This document shows positions 1-13,271 of a DNA stretch of 64,000 nucleotides, piece by piece (the stretch's first letter is position 1; every line of letters begins with the position of its first letter). Source of the DNA: Adineta vaga (taxonomy: Eukaryota > Animalia > Rotifera); the NCBI GenBank assembly GCA_021613535.1, contig CP075496.1:9610001-9674000 (forward strand), read 5' to 3'. Made by a program: the position numbers and the translations under genes. The notes beneath the pieces were generated by a model. That model was not told where the DNA came from, searched no databases, and worked only from the letters and a program-made list of their open reading frames with translations.

Positions 1-1634
1 TGCTACAACTTCACCTAATTTTGCATCTTTTTCCCATTTCATTACACGATTATTCCATGAATCGGATACATACAAACATTTATCTTGTCCAATAAAGATA
101 TATGTTGGATGATTGAATTGATGAAGACGATTTCCTGGTCCATGACCACCAGCAACTGTAGTACCACGAGTATCACCTAACTCATATCGTTTGACTCTAT
201 GATAATCACTGTCAGTAGCATAGATAAGTCCTTCGTCATCCACAGCTATCGCAAAAGATGCAATATTATTAAGGACTTTTTCAAAACGAGCATCCAGATC
301 TGACGTAGATCGTTTTACTATGCGTTGATTGTGATAATCACAAATGATATAACTATCTGATTGCTGATGAAAAACAATATTTGAAGGTGCACATAACATA
401 TTTTGTCCATAACCAGATATATTTTTTCCAGCTATACGTTGACTCATATTCGTTCCTTCTTTAAATTTCATAATACGATGATATAAAGTATCAGCAACTG
501 AAATAGTTTGTCTAGAATTTACAATAAGACCTTGAGGTGAACGAAGATTATTCATTATAGAACCAAAACCTCCATCATGATTACGACCACCGGCAAAGGT
601 TTGAGATTCACTAAAGATATTAAAAAACATGTTTCTCTTTCGGTCAAAAAAAGTTTCATACGAACCATATCTCTGTCGAAACCATAGCATTTGCTGGGCG
701 TGTGCGCATAGTCCGGTCCTTTGTTCGTTTGGTTGGAGATTTTTTTCTTTGACAGCATTCGGATTTCCATTCAGCAGTTCGTGGTATAAATATTTCTGCT
801 ATAATGAAGAATACGTACAAATAAGAGAATCGAAATTGTAAGATAACTTACAATATAGAATTTCATTAAAAAATATCTCTGCATTTGCGCGCAACCGATG
901 TGTAATAAATGGTCTCTGCCTTTCGTCACTTTCAATGGTAACTTCGTCAGTTATACGTTGAATAATATCGACGATATTCACATTTTCCTCAACAATATTT
1001 CTCAATAAGCATTCCATGTATAGATTATTAGGATTTGTTTTATTAGCGGCACATGCATATTGAATCAGTGTTTTATCAGATGCTTTCATCTTACTGAGTC
1101 CTTTGCGTCGCGCTTGAACTAAAGAAAATATACGAGTCCATATTTGTGACGGAAATATACACGATATTACTTACAGGCAGATTTCGATTCATTTTTTATT
1201 CGATATTGTCTACAACAATCCAAGATCATAACGAGCATGTACGATGCTTCTGTGTCTCTTAACCGTCCTATTACTCTATCAAGTGGTGTACCAAAAGCTG
1301 CAACATCTTCGCCACTAGAGATACGATCATCTCCGGTGTTAATCAAATAATTCGTACCATCAATCTGACAACTGTGGCCAGAAAAAAAGAATAAGATCAA
1401 ATCCCCATCTTGAATAGTTTTAGTAAATGTAATGATATTTTCCAACATCGTTTCGTGTTTTGCAACATCGTAATGCGCTGTAGATTTAAATTTTATTTTT
1501 TCAAGTGATTGCTCTAAATCTGTAGCATTCTTGATAGATTGATTTAGTTTATTCTGTTCTTGTTCGTAATTATCATTTCCAATAAGCAATGCTAACCTTC
1601 GAAGAATACGAAAATTATCATTAGGATTTGCCAT
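1..1634 (-). CDS. Caspase-like (peptidase C14) domain fused to an NHL-repeat beta-propeller; 3' end runs off the window
   Basis: Exons 1634-1175 (ALLIGNDNY, FSGH, LDCCR: dyad intact), 1118-852 (p10-like LIQYACAANKT), 798-~668, then ~610-1 (NLRSPQGL, VADTLYHRI, VAGGHGPGNRLHQFNHPTYI). The GT-AG introns splice in frame. Confidence 0.85.
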
Positions 1635-1994
1635 CAGCGATCGAATAATTATATCTAAAATAATGAACAAGGACAAATATTGTAATATCTAATAATTTCT
1701 TTAAAAACGATAGGCCTTGCTGCTCGTTGATTTTCATTCAAAGTAATTTGTCAGTGTATTGTTTGAAAGTATTTGTCTCGCCTAGGTTACGAAAGAAAAG
1801 ATTGTTCGTTCTATTCATTTTCTCAATGCACATTTGTAACGAAAGCAAAAAAAGAGTTTTTTCACATCTCGAAAGAATTGGTGGATCACTCATGAAAGTT
1901 GTTGTTTCACAGTCACCTTCGTGTTTCTTTTCTTTTATTCGAAGATAATGGCAATAAAACTACTAAGTTCATGTCATGAGGAAAATAAATAGGA

Positions 1995-3852
1995 TTAATT
2001 TTGATGAATCTTATATTGTTGAATTCGATGATTATATGAATCAGCAACATACAGAGTGCCATCACTATCGAATACTAAACCTTCGGGACCATTCAGTTGA
2101 TGAGCTTTGTCTCCTGACATAAATGGATCGCCAGCAATGAGATCTCCATGAGAAGCATTCTTTCGCCAACGCATAACTCGATGATTCCAATGATCGGCAA
2201 CATAAACTGTTCCATACTTATCAACAGCTATTCCTGCAGGGCAATCCAGTTGAGTAGGATGTTTTCCTTTGCCATGACCACCAGCTACAATAATACCCTC
2301 TTTGGCACCTTCTTTCCATTTCATTACACGATTGTTCCAAGAATCGGATACGTATACTGATCTATCTAGACCAATGAAAATGTATGTCGGATGATTGAGT
2401 TGATTGGGACGCGATCCTTGTCCATGACCACCAGCAACTATTTCACTATATCTACTACCGATTCGATATCGTCTCACTTCATGATATTCACTATCCGAAA
2501 CGTAGATAAAGCCTTCATTATCTATAGCTATTCCAGAACATGTAATGTCGTCAATAATTATTTTAAAAATTTTATTCAATCCAAGCGTCACTTTAACCAC
2601 TTGTCGATTCTGAGAATCGCAAATTATAATAGAACTTTCTTTCTTCTTTCTACGATAAATAATATTAGTAGGTGCATAAAGCATATCATATCCATCACCA
2701 GGAATATTTTTACCGGCTATCCTATTGACTTCTTTCCCATTATTTCTATATCGCATAATACGATGGTTTAACGTATCGGCGATCATCAGAGTTCGATTAG
2801 GAGTCAGAAATAGGCCTCGAGGACAATTTAGTTGATATAATGTAGTACCAGGGCCATGATGATAGTTGCTATTGCTAGCCATACTGCGAGCTTTGGTATT
2901 CCATCTGGCATATTTTGGTATATTAATTTTAGCTATAAAAAAGAAGAAAAAAATGTAGTTCATTCAAGACTTGATTAAATGTGAGATGAATTCCACGCAT
3001 CATTTATTCACTGTTTCGATTCGAGATTGAGAGTGATTGCGAGAAAATAACTGATATGAATCGATACTTACACTGTATCAACTCTATCAAATAGATCTCG
3101 TCATCTTCGTTCCATTCGTATGTAGTGAATGGCTTTTGTGTTTTGTAAGTTTCTTCAGACACATCTTCTCTCACATTTTTGAAAATATCAACAAGTTTAA
3201 CATCTGGTTCGGTGATGTTCTTTACTAAATGTTTGAAATATAGATTATTTGTAGTTGTTCGATTAGAAGCACATGCAAATTGAATTAAAGTGTTATATGG
3301 TGCCTCCATTTCGTGTAAACCTTTGTCATTGACTAAATTAATTGAGCAAAGATAACTCATGATCCGATAGAACTAGAAAACGTGCTACTTACCATAGGGT
3401 GGTATATTACTTTTTAGATGATATGGTCTACAGCAATCTAATATAAGAGTAATCATACATGTTTCCCGTTTCTTCGTTATGCGTTTCAGTACTTTGTTAA
3501 TTGAGGTAGCGAGAACTTCAATATTTTTGTCATCTTCTATGTGACTGTCTTTCGTAGGTATCAAATAGTTCCTGCCATTTACTTGACAGCCATAACCGGA
3601 AATAAAGACCAAAATAAAATCACCATCATTGATAACTTTGGTGAACCTTTTTACTGCTGCCATTGTGTCTGGTTGTGTTTGAAGATTATGATGAAATTCA
3701 GTTTCGAAATTCATGGCTATGAGCAATTGCTCCAAATTTTGAGCATTTTTGAGACAGTGATCAAGATTATTTTCGTCGTCAGTATAGCTATCATTGACAA
3801 TAATAAGGGCGATCTTTCGAGCAAAAACAGATTCGTTATTAAGAAGTGTCAT
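1995..3852 (-). CDS. Caspase-like domain (catalytic His replaced by Tyr) fused to an NHL-repeat propeller
   Basis: Exons 3852-3393, 3332-3072, 2932-1995, with both introns in phase 1. Motifs ISGYG and LDCCR; NHL repeats such as VAGGHGQGSRPNQLNHPTYI and YVADSYNHRIQ. Confidence 0.87.
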
Positions 3853-4349
3853 ATTTTATCATAGGTAGAAGTGTGACATAAATTCTGTTGGTTACCTTAT
3901 TAATAAAGAGAGAAAAAGAATACATTCATGTGACTGTCAATACATCATTCAAGATTTAAGATATCATTATATTAGGATCAATAGATGAGAATCCTAAAAC
4001 TTCTACGAAATACAAGTAACTATTTCGATTGTTCAATAGATATTTTTCTTCGAAAAACAGATTAAGATTGAAATCACGTACTTATAAAATGTAGTATGTA
4101 CACACGTGTTGTATGTTGCTTGGAAGCATTCAATGTTTGATGATTATAAAAGAAAGAGTCTGCTATATTTTCTTTTGTTCTGTTTCTTCCTAATGTTTGT
4201 TTGTTGAGTTTGAAGGACGGCTAAATTAAATATTTTTTCCAACCGATGTAAAATACATATAAATATTTCTTGTTTTTTTTATTGTTGCGTCAAATGATGA
4301 GATGTTCGTAAGAAAAACTTTGAATTGTTTTTTAGATATAAAGAGAACT

Positions 4350-6398
4350 ATGGCAAGTTCCACTGTGAATTCGCCCTATCGAAAACTTGCTCTGATTCTA
4401 AGTAATGGAAACTATAGTGAATCATATAATCAACTCAATAATGCCGAGGAAAACGCAAAAGCGCTCAAGAGTTCACTCAAACAAATCGGTTTTCAAGTTA
4501 CAACTGTTTGTGATAAAGGAAAACATGATATGAATACAGCTATCATCGATTTCTGTAGAACAATTCGCAACGGTGATATAGTTTTGCTGTACTTTTTTGG
4601 TCACTGCTATCAAGTTAAAGGTAAAAACTATATCATACCAGTCGGTGATAATGAAATCGAAGAGGATAGAGATGTCGAAGATTTTGCTGTCGATCTCGAT
4701 AGAACTCTCGGACGTTTAGTAGAAAAAAATAGTTCTTTCGTGAATATATTTGTCTTGGATTGTAATGGAACTTATTCATTGCAAAAAAATACAGCATCAA
4801 GTTGTAAGTACTATTTCAAATGATATCTTTGAAAAAATAGAATATTCCCGATATGTTTCTAGCTACAAATAAAAGAAAAGGTGTCCCTGAAATGAAACAA
4901 TTAGATGGACTCTTTATTCAATGTGCCTGCAGTACTAATGAATCAACGCGTAATAACTTATTTACGAAACACTTACTTAATAATATTCAAGAAGCAAATG
5001 TTAATATTCCTGATCTTTTCTGTCAAATCTCTAAAGATGTTTTAAAGGAAAGTGATAAGAAACAACGACCACTATCTATCAATGGCTTAAATCTAGATCG
5101 TGAAGTTTATCTAAATGAAGTTAAACGTCAAAGTAAGTTTCTATAAGATTAGCTATTGACAATTGTTTTCTAAATCTTCAGAGTGGGATGATTTGGACAA
5201 CGAGGAGATACCACCACTTATGAAAAAACAAGAAGAATTACGAGATTGCTATGATAATTATCCGAATGTTGATGATGTTATCAATCGAGATACACCAGAT
5301 ATGAAAAAAGCAGATGAACTTACCGAATCCCTATTGTCAACACAACCATCAGGAAAAGTGACTGACAAGAATACAGTATTTCACGCATTAAACAATTTAA
5401 TGGCGGATAACAATCAAGAATGCGTGTTTTTTGACTCAAAACAAGGTATGAAACTTCATGATGCATCAGCAAATTTAACCGATCTTAATGTGAAAGAAAG
5501 ACCATTTGTCTTGAAATTAAAGAGCAATGAAGATTTTGTTGATTACAGAGATCCAAAAGATAAGATTTTTGATCTAAAAGTGATCAAAACACTGGATAGT
5601 GCGATCGAACAAAATGAGTCACATCCTGTTATTGATGATATAGTGGAAAAATTAGCGAAAGCACATGACACTGACAAAAGTAATATAGTTGTAAAAAATG
5701 TGTATTTGGGATCGTTCAACATAGTCTATACGGTGAACGATATAACAAGCAATGTTGTTAAAAAGTTAACTAGTGCTTATCGAAAATTAAAAGAACAATT
5801 CAAACAGTTTGTCGCTGCAAAAATTCATCCACTATTGTTTCGACCATCATTTGATATAGCTCAGTTCGATGCTGGTGGTGATAAAACATTTGCAGCACCA
5901 TCAAGTCACCAAGTTGGACCACCTGGACGAACTAAAGAATATATTTCACCCGTTGGTTATACAAGATATGGATTAAAAGTTTTGGGTAAGTATGAAACAG
6001 ACGAATGGTTGCATCCATTCGGAATACCAGGAAACTGGTATAGAGCCTTCCATGGAACGGGACGCGCAACCGCTGCAGATTTTGGTAAGTCAGGTGAACC
6101 AATAGATAGGGAATTTGCCTGTGTTGATGCTGCTTCTAACATTCATAAAACTGGATTTCGTAAAGCAAGAATTCATTTCCATGGAGAGGGTGTCTATTGT
6201 TCTCCAAAATCGACTTTTGTAGAGGAAGGGTATGCCGGCGAAGTGACAATGGATACAATCGAAGGAAAGAAAAAGTTCAAGATGATGTTACAAGTAGCTG
6301 TCAGTCCTGATGATGTCAAGATTGTGGGCAATGACATTTGGGTTGTTTCCCATCCTGAAAGTATTCGAACGTACGGAATACTCATCAAAGAAGTTTAA
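4350..6398 (+). CDS. Caspase-like pseudoprotease (Cys replaced by Asn) + SEA-like domain + NEURL4-type ADP-ribosyltransferase-like domain
   Basis: Exons 4350-4803, 4863-5132, 5182-6398 with phase-1 introns. Caspase-like FGH and LDCNG; NIVVKNVYLGSFNIVY; ART motifs PVGYTRYGLKV, WYRAFHGT, GVYCSP, MMLQVAV, IRTYGILIK. Confidence 0.82.
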
Positions 6399-6764
6399 TT
6401 CAGATCACATGAAGTGATATCTTTTTTCTGGAACTTTACTTTTAAGAGCTGAGTCGTTTGTGTGTAGTAATATAGTCCTTGTTGCTATTTTACTCAAAAT
6501 AAAATAATTGCTATATAAACTATTTCGAAGATGATTTCAAATTGATTTACGATCTCTCCTTAGTTGTAATATAGATTTATAACTGAATTGATTTCTACTA
6601 TGAGAAGTTACTGCATCATATACATTTAATAAAAGTTAAAATGTTCTCAAACACAAATATCTTATCTTTTTGAGATAGCGTCTTAAGTATATTTTGCCAT
6701 TTCTTCGTTTTTTTGTCTTTGGACACTCCATCTTCAAATCTTACGTATAAACTTATTGTGAATA

Positions 6765-8063
6765 ATGCAATTGTTACTTTTCTGTATTTGTGAGTGAATG
6801 AACTGCTATTGAAAAACTTTTTCACGTCGATTATTGATATTCTAGTTCTTTACATACCAGTTATATCATCGAAGATTAGTCCATGTGCAAAATGGAGTAC
6901 AAATGGAATTACCGTTGCGGGTACTGGCATCGCTGGCAATACATCTCAACAACTTTATAATCCACAAGGCATCTTTGTTCATAAACAAACGAATACATTA
7001 TATGTAGCTGATTTCAGCAATCAACGTGTTCAGAAATTTTCATTGAATGAATCATCTCCTATAGGTATTACTGTTGCGTCAGGTGTTTGGTGGATGCCTG
7101 TCAATATTCATGTTGAATCTGATGACAATAGTAATAAGAAAATTATTTATGTGATAACATTTTCATCTGAACATGCTGAAAAATGGATTGAAGGAATTCT
7201 TCATGGTGAACGACTCTTTCCTAGATGTCGTGCATGTTCAGGTATTTCAGTTGATAGAGACAAAAATGTATATCTATCATCGTCGAGTGACTATTGCATA
7301 TACAAATGGTCACCGCAAACCAATACAACACTAGTTGTTGCTGGTCATGAAGCGCAAGCAGGATATACTGATGAGAATCTTTTCGAACCTCGAGGAATCT
7401 ATGTTGATCAGACAAAACAAACAGTGTACGTAGCTGATTTGAAAAAGAATCATATTCAGAAATGGACTATGGGCGCGAATGAAGGTCCAACTGTCGCTGG
7501 TTCGCGAGCAGGAGAGAGTGGAAACACTGTTGATCTTCTCTCAGAACCAGTAAATGTACAAGTTGATGAAGAAACAGATATTCTCTACATAGCTGACAAA
7601 AGAAACCATCGAATTCAACGTTGGTTTCCAACGGCATTTGAAGGTGACACGATTGCTGGTGGAAATGGTAAGTATTCTATTATTCACGAATTTGATTAAT
7701 AAAAATCTATGTATATGTATGTAATGATAAATGATATAGGTGAAGGTCATGGTGCCGATCAACTTCGTTTTCCAAATGATCTAGCATTTGATCGTGATGG
7801 TAATCTTTTTGTGTGTGATACTACAAATCATCGTATTCAATTTTTTAAATTGATTGATAATCAATCATGTAAATCGACATCAACAGGTGAATTTCTAATT
7901 CTTTTCGAAATTATTGACTTTTATTTTTACTTTTAGCTATTGTTGCGATATTCAAGTGAGTGTATATCGTACGTATTTCTTTCATCGAATATGATGTCAA
8001 TATTTTAGAATGATCGTTCTATTTGGCACATTGTCGATCTTAGCGTGGCTATACATGAATTAA
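6765..8063 (+). CDS. Secreted, probably GPI-anchored NHL-repeat protein
   Basis: The spliced N-terminus MQLLLFCIFLYIPVISS is signal-like (intron 6790-6845). CAKWSTNGITVAG is followed by NHL repeats. Small 3' exons give the hydrophobic tail MIVLFGTLSILAWLYMN*. Confidence 0.8.
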
Positions 8064-9974
8064 TTTACATCCTACGGCAGCGGACACATTTTATTTTATA
8101 TTTCAGAAACTGAATATATACGATATAAACCTTCTTACTGTTTTGAAATATGCATCCATGCGAATAGAACTAAATAGTAGAAGAGCCAACAAACAATAAT
8201 ACTAATTCCAGTTGAAAAGAATGAGAAATATTCTATGAAAAAATAATGAAGTAAAATAGTGTATTTATTTCTAACTATCTCGATAAATAACACATAAATG
8301 CCATGTACATTTATAGCACAAAAACGAAAAGCAATAAATCTTCTTCTCTGCTGTCTACATGTTCATTTTTATCATATAGATTTCGATCAATCACGATTAT
8401 GGAATGAACTTTTGAGAAGACAGATAGAAAACGAAAATTCTCTCAAGGAATATTTATACTGAAGTATTGATTTTTATTTGTATTGGGGACAAACTACTGT
8501 TCAGATAAAGTTTGCAACAAAAACAACAAGTTGAGCTTTCTTCTGATTATAAAACCTTCTATTGATCAAATATCTTCGCTGAAATATTTTATAATTCACA
8601 TTTGCAAAATATACTATCCTACCGAGTACATCATCCGTGCATTGTCTCAAATTCTGTTGTACACGAAGGGAAAGACTATTTTTGTATGTATCAGTTCTGT
8701 ATCAATAAGTCGCCGTACGATAATTTTGAAAATAAGCAACTGTTTCGAAAGGATAATATTTGTTTTGTCGTTTTTTAAAACACAACGGAACTGAAATAAC
8801 ATGTTTGTTACTTATTACCGTCACATGTATATCATGAAAGCGAAAAGTACATTATCACTTCCGTTCTGTAACCATGGCTTTTTCATATATTACTTTAAAA
8901 TTAAGCATACGATTTCTTTACTATTTGCAATCGTTTTGAATGTAATTTAGAAATAAAACAAAATTATCTTGTGATCATTTTGTAAAGAATTTCGTGTGAA
9001 ATGTTTTTTGATATAGTCTGTCACAAAACTCTAGTTTAATTTTAGTTATTTCCTACACTACTGTATCATTTTGAAAGTCTTGTATCATGAATGATATGAA
9101 ATTGAAAGATCCTCAGATGATTTTTCTACCATTTCGTCCTAGTCTAATTCATATCAATATTAGAAAATGTAGATATCTCTCTCGATGACATTCATGCTGT
9201 TAGGTATATATTTTTTTTTCAAGATCACATTTCGAACATTCACAAAATTTCATGACTCATGCATACAAATATCAGGTTTTAGTTTCCTTCCCGAGGTATT
9301 TACCTACTTACATATTTTTAGTAACTTTGATTAATTATCTTTCATCACGCATCATATCACAAAAACGTTAGGGTATGTTAGCAATGCTTGTGTTACTCAT
9401 CGATAATTAGTAGTTTTATTTTTGTTATAAATCATATAACTGTTCAGTTCTCAAAGATTGTTCACAAAATTTTCAGAAATGTTAAAATTTCTAGAGCAAA
9501 TAATATAAATCACTTCTTAGCCATGTTATGCAAAACTAATTAAGCTCAATAAACTAAACTCAATTTTTAACTGTAGAAGAATGATAATTGTTTCTTTAAA
9601 TTACATGATATTTGCCTCACTTCCTAATTATGTTGATTACCATGACAATTTCAAAACATCATTTAGTCTGAACTATCTATATAGGTCCAACCTTTTTCAG
9701 ATTGTGCAGTCATTCTTTCGCCACCGTCTTTTTTTATTTACTTGAGCCAAAAGCGATGAAGAAGTGTTCTATTATATTTCCATGCCAGATTTCGCAAAAT
9801 TTTATACAATATATAGATCCATTCGGATTTATTTGCATATGAAACTATTTTTTCTAGCATGGTGAGAGATTTTCAATACTTTACTCGAGTAATTTCGTTC
9901 AAACTATCGAAATCAAACAAATCATTTGTTTCACATATTAATATATAATTCATATATTTTAGATTCGAAAAAAA

Positions 9975-10818
9975 ATGCTTGCACCGCTTGCTGTTCAAAA
10001 AACTGTTGTTATCTCACAAAAGCCAAGTAACTATATTTTTGATTCTGCAATTTATCTTCGATACAATGTATGCATTTTTCTTTGTATTTTCAAGAATTTT
10101 TTGGAAGCGTAGAATTTCCAACAGATCTTCCTCCAGAATTAACAGAAATTATAGATCCATATGAATTCCAACAATCCATAGAGAATATCAACCACGCTTT
10201 TCGAAAAACTGCTGTTGAATTAATCATAAAGATTATTTTTCTTCTTGGTATATTGATTGGTGTGGCGCTTACAATTATTGGTCCATTAATAGCATCAAAA
10301 ACAGAGTTTGCTGTATGGATTTCCATTCTCATTGTTGGCCTTGTTTTACCACTGATCTGTATATTCTTCAAAGTCTGTGTGTTCTGTTTCACTGATAGAG
10401 CACGTATGGAAAAAGTGAAAATGGTAATTAATGCTGAATCAATGAAATACTCGACTCGAAGACCAATACCCACAATATGGCGGTTGGATTTGGAAACTTT
10501 TCACATTTCATCCACTGATGGAGGGACTACTCGCATCGTTTACTATGTAAGTGATGATGATCTGCATAAGTCAAATTTTATTACTGAGGCATATCCGAAA
10601 TCGTTCGTGTCGTAAAATGAAGATTTGATCGAACGAGATAGATTCTAAAGACAAAACTTGAATACTCATCTGAATAATAGTGAGATTGTTTAATTATTTT
10701 TCTTGTTTGATTTAAGATCATTATCGACATTGGCAAACGACAAGGGAACGAAATCAGACATGGTACATCAAATCGTATGCCAAATTTACATGAACCTGTC
10801 TCATATATGGGCGAATAA
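9975..10818 (+). CDS. Two-TM membrane protein, possibly Erf4/GOLGA7-like; paralog of 13272-14036
   Basis: Three exons. FPTDLPPEL..II.PYEFQQSI.NIN, two hydrophobic helices, INAESMKYSTRRPIP..WRL, IIIDIG. Confidence 0.7.
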
Positions 10819-11618
10819 AACTCGGGATTTATACCTGTATCATCACATCACACGAATCTAGTTTAATGTCATGCGAACATGAACTGTTTCTTTCAAACAA
10901 ATATTTATATCAAATAAATTTACTTTTTCCTATGATATATACTATTAGTAGTTACACTGTTCTTGCTATTCTGTCTGTTCATACTCAAAAGAATGTTGAT
11001 ATAGATAACATTTCTTTTGCTATTTCTTTCTTCTGTTTTATCTTTTCGAAGTGTGGATGGGTTAAGATGTGAAGTAAGGGAATGAAATATTTTAATCAAG
11101 AAACAAAGAATACGTAATTCTACGAGATCATAATTAATAGGTATTATTTACTAGATTGGTTGTGTCTGGCAAGAAGAAGAAGAAGAAATAAATAGAGAAA
11201 ATCAACAACAGAAACGAAAAAAGAAAACGTGTATTATAGTAACGTCATTATATTATATCTTTCGATTGATGCAAAATGAGTGCTCGTGTTCTGTTCTTTT
11301 TTATCAGTTGATACTTTTTTTTGTTTATTTGAAGTGTTCGTCTTTTATTCTATTCTCGAATATGTGACATATAGTTTTATACATGCAGCTCTCTCGTCTT
11401 ATAAAGAAGTAGGACGATCTATAACTATATTGTACAACACATACAGGTACTTAAATCACTTGTAGTTCTCTCTCAATATGAGTCACCATGATATTTTCTA
11501 TTAGTAAATATTGATCATGTCACTTCGTCCTGCATAAAATGAAAGATAATAATTCTTTATATAAATAGGCACTTTAATATGTAATTTTAGATTAGATTGA
11601 GGGTGAGTGTAAATTCTA

Positions 11619-12732
11619 ATGGCTGATCAATATTCTCAATTAGTTGAGCAATATCATCGTGATGGATATGTAATTTTACGAAATGTGATCGATGATCAAT
11701 TAATTAAAGAATGTCAAGCACATATTGATTTCTTACAAAAGAAATATCCAACAATTCCAGGAGAACATTTTCATCATCCAATTATGCGAAATGATCCATT
11801 CTGGATACGACTCGTTAGTGATCAACGTTTATTAGATTTAGCTGCTATTTTTGGGGAACCTTTTATCAAACCAAATGATGGAATTGCACTCTTTTCATCA
11901 CATTATTTTTCTAAACCACCTAAAACAGGTATGGCTGTTCTTTGGCATCAAGATGGTAGGTTGTATTCGTTTATACTATATAGTTACAAATTCTAATGAA
12001 TACGATTATTTACTGTTATAGGTGCATATTGGCCATTAAAACCAATGAATGTATTAACAATGTGGTTAGCTGTCGATAGAAGTGACAGCGAAAATGGTTG
12101 TTTACGAGTAATTCGTGGTAGTCATAGACAAGATTTAACTACATTGAAAGAAGATGTTTCAGTTAGTAATGTTTTGGGTAGTTACACACATCGTGATGAA
12201 GATATTAATCCAAATGATATTGTTGATATTATTTTAGAGCCTGGTGGTGAGTTTAATCAATCATATTTCTTGAAAATGATTTGATTCTTCAAATATTTTG
12301 TTTTTTTAGATATTAGTATTCATCATCCGAATATCATTTATGGTTCGAATGCAAATACAAGTGATCGAAGACGATGTGGATTAACAATTCGGTATTTCAA
12401 AGATACTTGATATCGAAAGAAGTTTTCATTCGTTTTTTTTCCAAAGATATATCGCACCTACGACAGAATGTGTGAACAAAGAACAACCAGTGATGATGAT
12501 GAGTGGAACATCTGTTCTAGGTATTAATCATTATCGAAGTTGGCCGAAATATCGACCTGGTTATGACTTTTCATTTCATGGATGTGAGCAATGGAATGAA
12601 AAACGACGAATCGTACAAGAAGATGAATCGTATTTTGAGCGAACAGATTATGATCAAATGGACAAACAAGTTGAAGATGAAGTGTTAAGTTTCGTTTCCA
12701 AATTAGGTGGAAAAAAACCATATGGTGAATAA
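11619..12732 (+). CDS. Phytanoyl-CoA dioxygenase (PhyH)-family 2OG/Fe(II) oxygenase
   Basis: Four exons. YHRDGYVILRNV, LWHQDGAYWP, MWLAVD..SENGCLRVIRGSH, HHPNIIYGSNANTSDRRRCGLTIRY. Confidence 0.85.
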
Positions 12733-13271
12733 CAGAAACAAATTCATTGCAATACTTCTAGTTTTTCTTTAAACATAATTTATGTGCATACGAAACGCAT
12801 CATACAATTATTTCAAATAAATCAATCGTTTGTGACTCGTTTTTCTTCTAATTATGCTTTGATGTAATTTGAAAATAATCATTCAAGGATGTCCTTAGTC
12901 TCGAAATAAATATTCTGTTATTAACATACGGAAGACTTCTTCCAACTTAAGTAGTTGTTCATTACCACTACTGTTCTGTACAAAATGTAGTAAATATCAA
13001 AACTTACAAAACAGGTAAAGTGTCAAAGACAAGGTTTGTGTGTCGTAAAACCATGTCCGTATTTCTTCTTGTTTTTTAGTTTTTCAGGTAATAACGTCAC
13101 TGTAACATTCCGTGTAGGAATGAAAATATTCTGTTAATATATATTTTTCTATATGTTGTGACGAAAATGTCACATGTATGATCGGAAATAATGATGAAAA
13201 TGTTTTCATTTCTCAAAATAAGTTTAAAGAAACGACATCATTTTACTCGTATTCTAGAGCACGATTGAAAA

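Noticed and set aside
555-770. Short ORF-track entries such as 555-770, 2391-2771, 17035-17355, 51875-52108, 58151-58393 and 60716-61081
   Set aside because: They are antisense or off-frame shadows of the spliced genes described above.
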